A DNA stretch of 64,000 bases from positions 41,149 to 105,148 of the forward strand of contig CAIWCC010000269.1 in the NCBI GenBank assembly GCA_903911085.1, written 5' to 3'. A program made the translations under genes and the position numbers. This document shows, in pieces, positions 1-8,097 of the stretch. This stretch comes from an uncultured Bacteroidales bacterium (lineage in GTDB: Bacteria > Bacteroidota > Bacteroidia > Bacteroidales > Paludibacteraceae). The notes below the pieces were generated by a model that saw only the letters and a list, made by a program, of their open reading frames with translations, did no database searches and had not been told where the DNA came from. Within the stretch, counting starts at the first letter, position 1. Each line of letters starts with the position of its first letter.

Positions 1-5
1 AGCTG

Positions 6-2546
6 ATGGAACCGGATATGACCATGAAATACATTCCGTTGCTGAAAGAGCAGGGAAAATGGACCGAACATGCCCGCTTTTCTCCCGAAAAATTAAAAGA
101 GTTGGAGGATGCCCCCGAAACTGTGTGGCCCGAAACTCCTCGAAGCGCGTATGATTTTACAGGATTCAATTATAAATTGCTCGGGTCGAAAGTGCCTGCA
201 CCGGGCGTGTATCCTCGATTGCTGTTTAGTCCCGAAGATATTCCGATGCTAATGCAACATATCAAAGAAAATAAATCGGCTCAGAAATCGCTGATTGAAA
301 TTGAGGTGCTTTTCAAAAAAACATGGTGGGATCCAACCACCAGCGACGGACAGGTTTTCAAACTGTTGGAAGAAGGAAAAATAGATGAAATCCGCAGTCA
401 GCAAAATTTCAAAAACGAAGGACCTGCTGCCTATCATGTGGCTAAACTTATCAAAGACCACAAACCGGGAATCCATAATTCACATATCAACTACACCACC
501 AACTGCCTCACAACCATGGCACTTTATGCCCTGTTGACCAATAACGATGAGCTTGGTAAGCGGGTAGCCAATGCATTGGTCACTTTTTATAAAGTCCTTG
601 AGCCTTCCATCGAAAGCTACATTGCAACTTCCGATTCTGAGTTTGGAACAAGTGTGGAAGAAGCCGGTAGTGCTTCTACACAATGGCGTGGCATGGTTGG
701 GGTGTTGCCACACATGGATTTAGCTTTTTCACTCGATTTTGCAGGCAAATATATGACGCCTGAACAAAAAAAGTTTATGCAAACCTTTATTGCCAAAGTT
801 ACCTATGGTCGGCGAACCAATGGCGGTGATGGCCCACGACGAGCCTGGCGCGACATCAACCACATGACCTGGCATTTGACGCACCACATTGCCATGGCTA
901 CCATCGAAGGACTTGATGGTTTTGACCCTGAAGCATACACATCGGGTTGCGAGTTGACTCGTGATTTCTTAGAATGGGGTATCGACAAAAACGGACAAAT
1001 GTTTGAGAGCAATGGCAAAAGCGGAGGTGGTTGGCAGTTCGAATTTTTAGCAATGATGATTCAGGCACGTCGCGGAGATAACCTTTTCGGTCATCCACAT
1101 TTACGTAAAATGCTTACCGCTCAGACCTACACCACGGCTCCCAACGGTAAAGAGACGCTTAGTAGCGGTACGTGGGGCGGTACGCCATTATCGCTCCAGT
1201 TAGTTAGCGAACTGAAAGCCTTTTTTCCTGAAGACCGCAATGCAGATTTTCTGATTTCCAATGTGTTCGAAAACTATTATCCTTACCACAAACAGTTGGG
1301 TAAAGACCCTACAAAATTCGATTTGGAGGCATATCGCGCTTTCCTTGAAAAGAAAATATCAGGAGTTCGTCTTCCCGGACCAACTTATCCGGGATTTGGA
1401 ATAGGTTTCCCTTACATTACCGACTGGAAACCAACCACCAAAGCCGATTTGAATTTGCCGCTCAACAGGAATACCGATGTCCATGGAATTCTGTCTGCTT
1501 CGAGCGATAATTCCGATAAAGCAGTGTGGCTGTGTCTTCATGTGCGCCCCAATCATTATATCGGTTCCGGTCATCATCATGCCGATATCGGGATGTTCTA
1601 TTTCTCAGGGAATGGCGTAAACTGGATTACCGAACCGACGCCAAAAACCTATTCGGGTCGTTACCACAGCGAAGTAGTTATTGATGGAAAAGCCGAACCT
1701 GAAAGTCCCGCAGCCAAAGGCGTTTACCTTGGCGCCAACATGAATGATAATGGAGCTTTCGGTACGGTTGATCAAACCTACTGTTATACCTGGCAATGGT
1801 GTACACAGGTGCAGAAATGGGGAACTGGATTCAGTAAAATCGATAGTACAGTAGCCAAAAACGGTTGGGAACTTGAACCTGATCCGGAGATTTTGAAGTA
1901 TTTCAAAGGAACAGCACATTATAAAATGAGAGTATGGTGGCCTTCGTTCAACTACTCCAATTTTATCCCTACACTTCGTGCCTTGTGGAATCCGGTAGAA
2001 TATGCCTACCGCTCGACTGGTCTTATTCGCGGCAAACATTCGTACGGACTGATTGTGGATGACCTGAAAAAAGACGATAAAGAGCACCTTTATCAATGGA
2101 CAGGCATGCTGGCGAAAGGAGTTTATCAGGCTCAATATGAAAATGTTTCGACTGGTTGTACTGTATTGGGCTTCAACGAAAAATTTATCAACATGAAGAA
2201 AGAAGAGACTTTCGAGCCAATTATTCCGGCTGCTGGCGATCCATTGCTGCTGGTTTGCTCCCTGGATGCCGCAAACGGTGCGGAAGTAGTTGTCAACACA
2301 CTGAAAGACGAAGATGGAAAGGACTATAACCGCCTGACTATTGAAAAAAAAGCTATTCAGTTGAACGACAAAATATTATTAATTCCGTTTTATTACGGAG
2401 AGAAACTTCCCAAAATAACCTTTGCCAATGGAAAAGCCGTTGTAAAATGGGCTGACCAGACCGATGAATTAAATTTCACCATAAAAGAAAACCGAACAAA
2501 AATCAATGTAGTTCGGGGTGCTAAAATGATTCTTGAAAGCAAATAA
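6..2546 (+). CDS. Heparinase II/III-like (polysaccharide-lyase-like) family protein; possibly 5'-truncated by the window edge
   Basis: 846-aa ORF. GSGHHHADIGMFYFSGNGVNWI resembles the heparinase II/III-like signature. The N-terminal GVYPRLLFSPEDIPMLMQHIKEN segment is typical of this lyase-like family. There is no in-frame stop between the window start and the first ATG, and no signal peptide is seen, so the true start may lie upstream. Confidence 0.6.
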   Translation: MEPDMTMKYIPLLKEQGKWTEHARFSPEKLKELEDAPETVWPETPRSAYDFTGFNYKLLGSKVPAPGVYPRLLFSPEDIPMLMQHIKENKSAQKSLIEIEVLFKKTWWDPTTSDGQVFKLLEEGKIDEIRSQQNFKNEGPAAYHVAKLIKDHKPGIHNSHINYTTNCLTTMALYALLTNNDELGKRVANALVTFYKVLEPSIESYIATSDSEFGTSVEEAGSASTQWRGMVGVLPHMDLAFSLDFAGKYMTPEQKKFMQTFIAKVTYGRRTNGGDGPRRAWRDINHMTWHLTHHIAMATIEGLDGFDPEAYTSGCELTRDFLEWGIDKNGQMFESNGKSGGGWQFEFLAMMIQARRGDNLFGHPHLRKMLTAQTYTTAPNGKETLSSGTWGGTPLSLQLVSELKAFFPEDRNADFLISNVFENYYPYHKQLGKDPTKFDLEAYRAFLEKKISGVRLPGPTYPGFGIGFPYITDWKPTTKADLNLPLNRNTDVHGILSASSDNSDKAVWLCLHVRPNHYIGSGHHHADIGMFYFSGNGVNWITEPTPKTYSGRYHSEVVIDGKAEPESPAAKGVYLGANMNDNGAFGTVDQTYCYTWQWCTQVQKWGTGFSKIDSTVAKNGWELEPDPEILKYFKGTAHYKMRVWWPSFNYSNFIPTLRALWNPVEYAYRSTGLIRGKHSYGLIVDDLKKDDKEHLYQWTGMLAKGVYQAQYENVSTGCTVLGFNEKFINMKKEETFEPIIPAAGDPLLLVCSLDAANGAEVVVNTLKDEDGKDYNRLTIEKKAIQLNDKILLIPFYYGEKLPKITFANGKAVVKWADQTDELNFTIKENRTKINVVRGAKMILESK

Positions 2547-2574
2547 GTTTTATCACACATTCAAAGTTACAAAC

Positions 2575-4257
2575 ATGAAAAAGCACATTAAACTACTGAT
2601 TATCTACATATTCTGCACAGTAGTTGTACATACTTATGCATTGGCAGCTACTCCGGAATCATGTCGCACACCAGAGAATCAGGTTTTCCAGTTTATGCAA
2701 AGCGGAACCTGCACTGCCTGGGCTGATAGTTCCAGAACCAATGCAACGCTCTATCTCTGGATTCCCGAAAACTGCAAAAAACTACGCGGGCTAGTTATTA
2801 TGTGTACCAATGTGCCTGAGCACATGCTGGTGGGTCATGCAGCTATCCGCAAAGCCTGCGAAACAAATGATTTAGGAATAATCTGGAGCACGCCCTCTTT
2901 TATGAACTTTCGCAAATCCACCAAAGATGGAAAAACACTGAATATGGCATTGGAATACAAAACCACCGTGGACTTTCTACAACAAATGCTTTATGGACTG
3001 GCTGAAAAATCAGGTTACACCGAAGTGGCTACGGTTCCTTGGCTGCCCATGGGCGAATCGGGTCATTTACTCATGGTGGATGCATTAGTAGAGCAAAGTC
3101 CCGAACGTTGTATTGCCTGCATTTTTATAAAAAACAACCATATGCAACCCAAAAACCGTGATGTACCTACGTTGGTGGCTTTTGGTACTGCTCAGGAGTG
3201 GGGACAGGATAAAGTGGATATCCGTACCCGCTGGAATGATGTGGGCGCAGCATACGAAGGAATTCTCAATCAGCGAAAACAAAACCCAAACTGGCCATTG
3301 AGTTACATTATTGATGGTTCGAGCGGCCATTTTGACTGTTCGGAAAAGTTAGCACTCTATTTCGCCAACTACATTAATCTGATTACCAGGGCCCGATTGT
3401 CCGACGATGGTAGCGCAAAGTTGAAACCGCTCAATCTGAATAAAGGATATCTTGCCGATATGCCCGTTCCAGGTCATGAAAAACACCCGGCTACCGCTTA
3501 TTCCGAAGCAAAACCCGAAGCAATGTCATGGCCCTGGTTTTTGGACAAGGAAAGCGCGCTGGAAGCACAGTCTTTTGCGGCCATCAACTGGAAAGCTTCA
3601 ACACAAATTCCCGCATTTCTGAATGACAGTGGCAAAGTTGCGCCTTTTATTTTTAATGGAATTTCCAAACTGACTCCTTCGGACATGGGCGAAGATGGAA
3701 TTACTTTTACGGTGAAACCTGTATTGCTGGATAAAATTCCTTCAAATTTCACAGTAGGTGCAGGCGAAAAACTGGCTAAAACATCTGGAACACCAGTATT
3801 AGAATGGGTATGCGGGCAATATAAACCATTGGGAAATAATAAATTCCGTATTTCGCTTGACCGCTCGTGGCCAAATACTGCAAATTATATCGGTGTTCGA
3901 CAACAAGGCAACGACAGTATCCGAAGTATTTTTCAGCCTTGCGGTTTAATACTTCCCAAAAACAATTCAGGTAAACCTCAAAAAATCACTTTTGAAAAAA
4001 TACAGGATGTAGTAGCCGGAACAAAATCAATTCAGCTTTCAGCAACTTCGGATTCAGGTTTGTCTGTAGAGTTTTATGTAGTGGCTGGTCCTGCTGTTAT
4101 TGAAAACAAAAAACTTATCTTTACCAAAATTCCACCAAAATCGAAGTTCCCGATACAGGTAACTGTTGCAGCCTGGCAATGGGGACAGTCAAAAGAGCCA
4201 AAAATAAAAATGGCAGAGATTAGTAAACAGACGTTTCAAATTCTTCAAAACAAATAA
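2575..4257 (+). CDS. Secreted hypothetical protein (possible alpha/beta-hydrolase-like N-terminal half, Ig-like C-terminal region)
   Basis: ORF 2533-4257. ATG at 2575 is preferred because MKKHIKLLIIYIFCTVVVHTYALA is a signal peptide and this start removes the overlap with the upstream gene. PWLPMGESGHLL could be a degenerate nucleophile elbow. No family recognised with certainty. Confidence 0.5.
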   Translation: MKKHIKLLIIYIFCTVVVHTYALAATPESCRTPENQVFQFMQSGTCTAWADSSRTNATLYLWIPENCKKLRGLVIMCTNVPEHMLVGHAAIRKACETNDLGIIWSTPSFMNFRKSTKDGKTLNMALEYKTTVDFLQQMLYGLAEKSGYTEVATVPWLPMGESGHLLMVDALVEQSPERCIACIFIKNNHMQPKNRDVPTLVAFGTAQEWGQDKVDIRTRWNDVGAAYEGILNQRKQNPNWPLSYIIDGSSGHFDCSEKLALYFANYINLITRARLSDDGSAKLKPLNLNKGYLADMPVPGHEKHPATAYSEAKPEAMSWPWFLDKESALEAQSFAAINWKASTQIPAFLNDSGKVAPFIFNGISKLTPSDMGEDGITFTVKPVLLDKIPSNFTVGAGEKLAKTSGTPVLEWVCGQYKPLGNNKFRISLDRSWPNTANYIGVRQQGNDSIRSIFQPCGLILPKNNSGKPQKITFEKIQDVVAGTKSIQLSATSDSGLSVEFYVVAGPAVIENKKLIFTKIPPKSKFPIQVTVAAWQWGQSKEPKIKMAEISKQTFQILQNK

Positions 4258-4272
4258 GCAATTCCATTAGTT

Positions 4273-4668
4273 ATGTGTAAAACAAATACAGTCTTCTTTA
4301 TCAGCCTGTTTATAGCAAGCTCTTTATCAGCCCAGAACAAAGATATTGACGATAAATTCCGTCAATTCAGCAACACTGAGCTAGCTCCCACCGATCCCCG
4401 ATTAACCGAAATGCCAACCCGAAAGGCAACGGTGGAAGAAGTTTTGAACGGAACATTGAAATGGACAAATCCATACAAAGAAGAACTGAAATACGATACC
4501 AATGGATTTGATTTTTCCAGGTTAGGAAAAACCCCTGCTAAAGGAATTCATCCCCGTATTTTCACTTCACCGGCAGAGTTTGCTGATGCCCGTAAGAGGC
4601 TTGAAACAACACTGTTGGGAAAAATGATAACAGCTGTTGCCAATTCTTCCAACAAAGAAGAAAGATGA
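4273..4668 (+). pseudogene. 5' fragment of a heparinase II/III-like paralogue (truncated)
   Basis: 131-aa ORF with signal peptide MCKTNTVFFISLFIASSLSAQ. Its segment GFDFSRLGKTPAKGIHPRIFTSPAEFADARKRLETT aligns by eye to GFNYKLLGSKVPAPGVYPRLLFSPEDIPMLMQHIKEN of the 846-aa protein at 6-2546. It stops after 131 codons where the full-length family continues for >700 aa. The GC-richer sequence ends here. Confidence 0.55.
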
Positions 4669-4826
4669 GTTCTATTTCAAAATCGGAAACGACAAACGCA
4701 CAGATGTAAAGTTAGTAAGGGATGGAAAGGTGATTTTTGATTTGTAAAATGACTTATCCTCTAAAGCCAAATAAAATAGACTTTATATATATTAGTATAC
4801 TATGTGATTTAAAATAAAAGATTTAC

Positions 4827-5036
4827 CACTAAGTCACTAAGGGCACAAAGTTTAGCTACGCTGACCGTTGGTTCACTAAGGTTCTTGTAATCATTAATTA
4901 TGAAAACACTAAGATAAAACATAAATGTTTTATAATAAAACGACTATTCTAAAAAATATTTATGTTTTTTCCTTAGTGTTCTTAATTTTTTAAAATATTC
5001 TTAGTGAAACTTAGTGTAATTTAGAGTAACTTAGTG
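4827..5036. repeat. Dyad-symmetric field of CACTAAG (left) / CTTAGTG (right) heptamers
   Basis: CACTAAG at 4827, 4835, 4874, 4907. Its reverse complement CTTAGTG at 4972, 5000, 5010, 5030, plus variant TTTAGAG at 5020. The last four are spaced exactly 10 bp apart. Central palindrome ATAAAACAT-AA-ATGTTTTAT at 4914-4933. Confidence 0.8.
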
Positions 5037-5210
5037 TCTAATCTTAAATCTCTGTTTTTGATAGCTATAAACGTTTAATCTGTATAAACTCTGTTAATTT
5101 CGACATATTGAATCTAGTGTTTTTATATGTTGATAATGTAGTTTTGTCGTCTTACTTTTAATTTACATTTTACCAAATATATAATTCTAATAGAGTTAAT
5201 TTATTTTATA

Positions 5211-5252
5211 ACAAAACAGGCATAGAAGATGTTCTGCTATGCCTGTTTTGTT
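5211..5252 (-). terminator. Putative rho-independent terminator of the GH13 gene
   Basis: AAAACAGGCATAG (5213-5225) pairs with CTATGCCTGTTTT (5237-5249), 16 nt past the stop at 5268. A T-rich run follows on the minus strand. Confidence 0.55.
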
Positions 5253-5267
5253 TCTGTTTAATTTGAG

Positions 5268-8063
5268 TTAGTTTTTTACTATTTTGTATATTCCTTTCCC
5301 ATTTTCAGTGTTTACTTCTATCATATATAGGCTATTACTTAAATTTGATAGGTCTACTTCAGTTGCATTAAAGACAGTTTTTACTATGGCTCCTTGTAAA
5401 TTGTAAATGCTAATGCTTTTTACAGCACTAGAGGTTGAAACATATACTTTGCCATTGGTAATTGTAGGGAAAACATTGCAATTAGCTTCTTTTTTTAGTT
5501 GTGATAAGCCACTTGGAAAATTGATTTTTCTATCGGTAAAAATCAATAATTCACCTGGTTGCATAGAAATTGTCATTTGAGTATTGCTTACATTCAATTC
5601 CAATCCAGTGAGAAGATTGTACCAAGTTCCAGTTTTTTGAAAATTTGGATTCGCAGTAATGGAGGCCGTTGCACTGAAATTTCCAAGTACAATCATGTTT
5701 AAATCGTTGTGAGATAGTGAAATTCGTCTTCCAGCACTCCAATCGTTAGCCCCAATATTTAAACCAAATGAACCTTGAGTAAATGGAATTGGATAAAGTT
5801 TGCGCAAAGTCATAATTTTTGCAGATGCATCTGCAGCAGCTTTTCTGTGAGCTAAAGTCAACCAGCTCCAAACAGCAGGTTTTTCGTTGGTTCTGCCACC
5901 AAACGAATCGATAGAATAGTCGAATCCAAATTCACCAAATTGCCAAAGCATTTTTGGGCCAGGTAATAGTGTGGCGAAAGCAATATTTAAAGGAACACGA
6001 TTTATTCTTGTTACAGAGTCGGTTTTAAGATTTCCATCGCCATACATTTTTGCTTTAAAGAAATTACGTTCTTTGTCATGACTTTCGGCAAAACCGACCC
6101 ATCTTCTTGGTAATGTGTTCATAGCGGAAAAATCTGACCCAGTTTGATATCCCATTGCCGATTGACAATAAGATTCATTTACTTCACGCCATAAAAACAT
6201 ACCTTTATTTGCTAATGCCAACTCTTCATCATAGGTGCAAAAATGTTCCAGAATAAACATAACATCGCTTTTTACAGCTTTTGCTGCATCGTAATAAGTT
6301 GCAATATTATTGATGCGCGATTGGTCGTAATTACTAGCATTCGATTCTGTAGTTTGTGTCTGCGTGAGTCCTTTAGTCAAATCTAGACGATATCCATCTA
6401 CTTTATACTCTGTAATCCAGTATTGAACCATTCGTTTAAAGTATTCTTTTGTTCCCGAAAATTCGTGATTAAAATCGTTATAAACACTATATGGATGTTT
6501 TGCTGTAGTGTTCATCCATGGATTATTTAATGGTGCATTGGTTGAACTATTCCAATATAGTTTTGCAAAAGGACTTGCTCCTGAAGCATGATTTAAAACT
6601 ATGTCAAGAAAAACTGCTATGCCTCGTTTATGACATTCGTCAATAAATTTTTTATACATTTCTTGTGTACCATAAGCTTTGTCAGTTGCAAAATAGTGGC
6701 TTGGATTATAACCCCAGCTGTTATTCCCATCAAATTCTTGAATTGGCATAAGTTCGATAGCAGTGATTCCAAGAGTTTGTAAATAATCGAGTTTAGTTAT
6801 AGCTGCTGTTAACGATTTTTCGCTAGTAAAATCGCGCAATAGCAATTCGTAGATTACCATATTTTCGGCAGCGGGCATTTTGAAATTCGGTATTTCCCAG
6901 TTGTATTGGGGTTTGGCTGTTTGTAATGTTGCAACCAACCCTTCGGTTTTACCATCTGGATATGCTTTTAGATTTGGATATCTCATGCTTTTTTCATTAA
7001 TCCATTTATCCTCCGATGGGTCAAGCACCATTTCGGTGTAAGCATCTGTTACTTTTAAAGTTCCATCTACAAGATATTGAAAACCATATATTTTGGACGG
7101 AGTTAATCCAGTAATTGTAATCCACCAATAGTCGCCATCTCTTTTCATTTGATAAGCGTTTAATTGTGTCCAATTATTGAATTCGCCAATAACAAAAACA
7201 TTTGTTTTTCTAGGTGCATACATTACCAAAGTGGCTGAAGTATTGTCGCTATTGTAATTGATACCATCTTTAACACCTGCTGGTCGAGCTTCATTTGCTA
7301 CTGTAGCTGGCACACAAATAAGTATTGTATCGCGAACCGTTTTATCCAATACAGCTTCTGCCACTAATGTATAATCTCCAGCTGTAGCAAAAGTATATGA
7401 ATGGCTCAATGCTTTAAGTCCATTTACTGTTTTTACGACACTACCATTTACATACAAATTCAGAGTATTGGCTGCAACCGATGTTCCAACTTGTATATTC
7501 ATAACAGTACCTACACTTACTGCCTGATTGGTTGTTGGATTTGTAAAACCTACATTAATGCCCGCTTGAACTAAGTCGATAAAAATATCAGTATTACCAG
7601 ACGTTTTACATGATTTTGTTCCATCGGCATTTCTGAATACTACCGCAATTTTTTGAATTATTTCGCCACTCGGCACGCCAAAATACTCTCGCAAGCTAGG
7701 AGAAATTGTCAACTTATATTTGTTGTTGCCAAGCGCAATAAGTTTGTTTTTTGATAAGTTAACCAGAGAATAATTTTCTGGTTTTTTTGTATCTGGCCAT
7801 GCGCTTGTTGCGCCAGGAGGTGTGGGTGGTACAACATATTTCCAATCAGTATTACCAGAGCTTAAATTTGTAATTACGCCAATGTGAGCATAAACGTCGG
7901 TTGGTGTTAACAAGCCCAAGTTACCTTCGGCAGATGCGGCATCAAATGTGATTTCGGTAACTCCATTATCCTGAGTAATAAACTGTGGATTGGTTGTTAC
8001 AAGTTGTGCCCAACTCCATACCGAGAAAAATAGCAATAGGCAGCTAGTAGTAATTTTTTTCAT
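5268..8063 (-). CDS. GH13 alpha-amylase-family enzyme with N-terminal beta-sandwich domains and T9SS C-terminal sorting domain
   Basis: ORF 5268-8147. Start moved to ATG 8063 (MKKITTSCLLLFFSVWSWAQ signal peptide), which removes the overlap with the upstream gene. GH13 regions seen: I DIVLNHAS, II GYRLDLTKG, III FILEHF, IV FAESHDKER. The C-terminus ISIYNLQGAIVKTV...LYMIEVNTENGKGIYKIVKN looks like a Por-type T9SS domain. Confidence 0.85.
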   Translation of the reverse strand: MKKITTSCLLLFFSVWSWAQLVTTNPQFITQDNGVTEITFDAASAEGNLGLLTPTDVYAHIGVITNLSSGNTDWKYVVPPTPPGATSAWPDTKKPENYSLVNLSKNKLIALGNNKYKLTISPSLREYFGVPSGEIIQKIAVVFRNADGTKSCKTSGNTDIFIDLVQAGINVGFTNPTTNQAVSVGTVMNIQVGTSVAANTLNLYVNGSVVKTVNGLKALSHSYTFATAGDYTLVAEAVLDKTVRDTILICVPATVANEARPAGVKDGINYNSDNTSATLVMYAPRKTNVFVIGEFNNWTQLNAYQMKRDGDYWWITITGLTPSKIYGFQYLVDGTLKVTDAYTEMVLDPSEDKWINEKSMRYPNLKAYPDGKTEGLVATLQTAKPQYNWEIPNFKMPAAENMVIYELLLRDFTSEKSLTAAITKLDYLQTLGITAIELMPIQEFDGNNSWGYNPSHYFATDKAYGTQEMYKKFIDECHKRGIAVFLDIVLNHASGASPFAKLYWNSSTNAPLNNPWMNTTAKHPYSVYNDFNHEFSGTKEYFKRMVQYWITEYKVDGYRLDLTKGLTQTQTTESNASNYDQSRINNIATYYDAAKAVKSDVMFILEHFCTYDEELALANKGMFLWREVNESYCQSAMGYQTGSDFSAMNTLPRRWVGFAESHDKERNFFKAKMYGDGNLKTDSVTRINRVPLNIAFATLLPGPKMLWQFGEFGFDYSIDSFGGRTNEKPAVWSWLTLAHRKAAADASAKIMTLRKLYPIPFTQGSFGLNIGANDWSAGRRISLSHNDLNMIVLGNFSATASITANPNFQKTGTWYNLLTGLELNVSNTQMTISMQPGELLIFTDRKINFPSGLSQLKKEANCNVFPTITNGKVYVSTSSAVKSISIYNLQGAIVKTVFNATEVDLSNLSNSLYMIEVNTENGKGIYKIVKN

Positions 8064-8097
8064 GATGTTGATTTTTATGTGAATTATTAAAGTTGTT

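Noticed and set aside
1605-2135. Long antisense ORFs inside large genes (for example 1605-2135, 23404-23853, 33356-33787, 35135-35503, 49300-49710, 59543-59911, 62804-63223)
   Set aside because: All lie fully within, and opposite to, ORFs with clear family motifs. Their sequences are low-complexity or Cys/Phe/Ile-rich shadow frames typical of AT-rich genomes.
4669-4745. Short reading frames right after the truncated gene (MSSISKSETTNAQM; …FYFKIGNDKRTDVKLVRDGKVIFDL)
   Set aside because: They are too short to support as genes and are possibly decayed coding remnants. They are only mentioned as context for the junction finding.
5063-5082. Weak palindrome ATAAACGTTTAA resembling the LacI operator core
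   Set aside because: It mismatches the conserved outer G/C positions of both strong sites. It also lies ~190 nt beyond the GH13 terminator in a convergent gap, where no promoter is expected.
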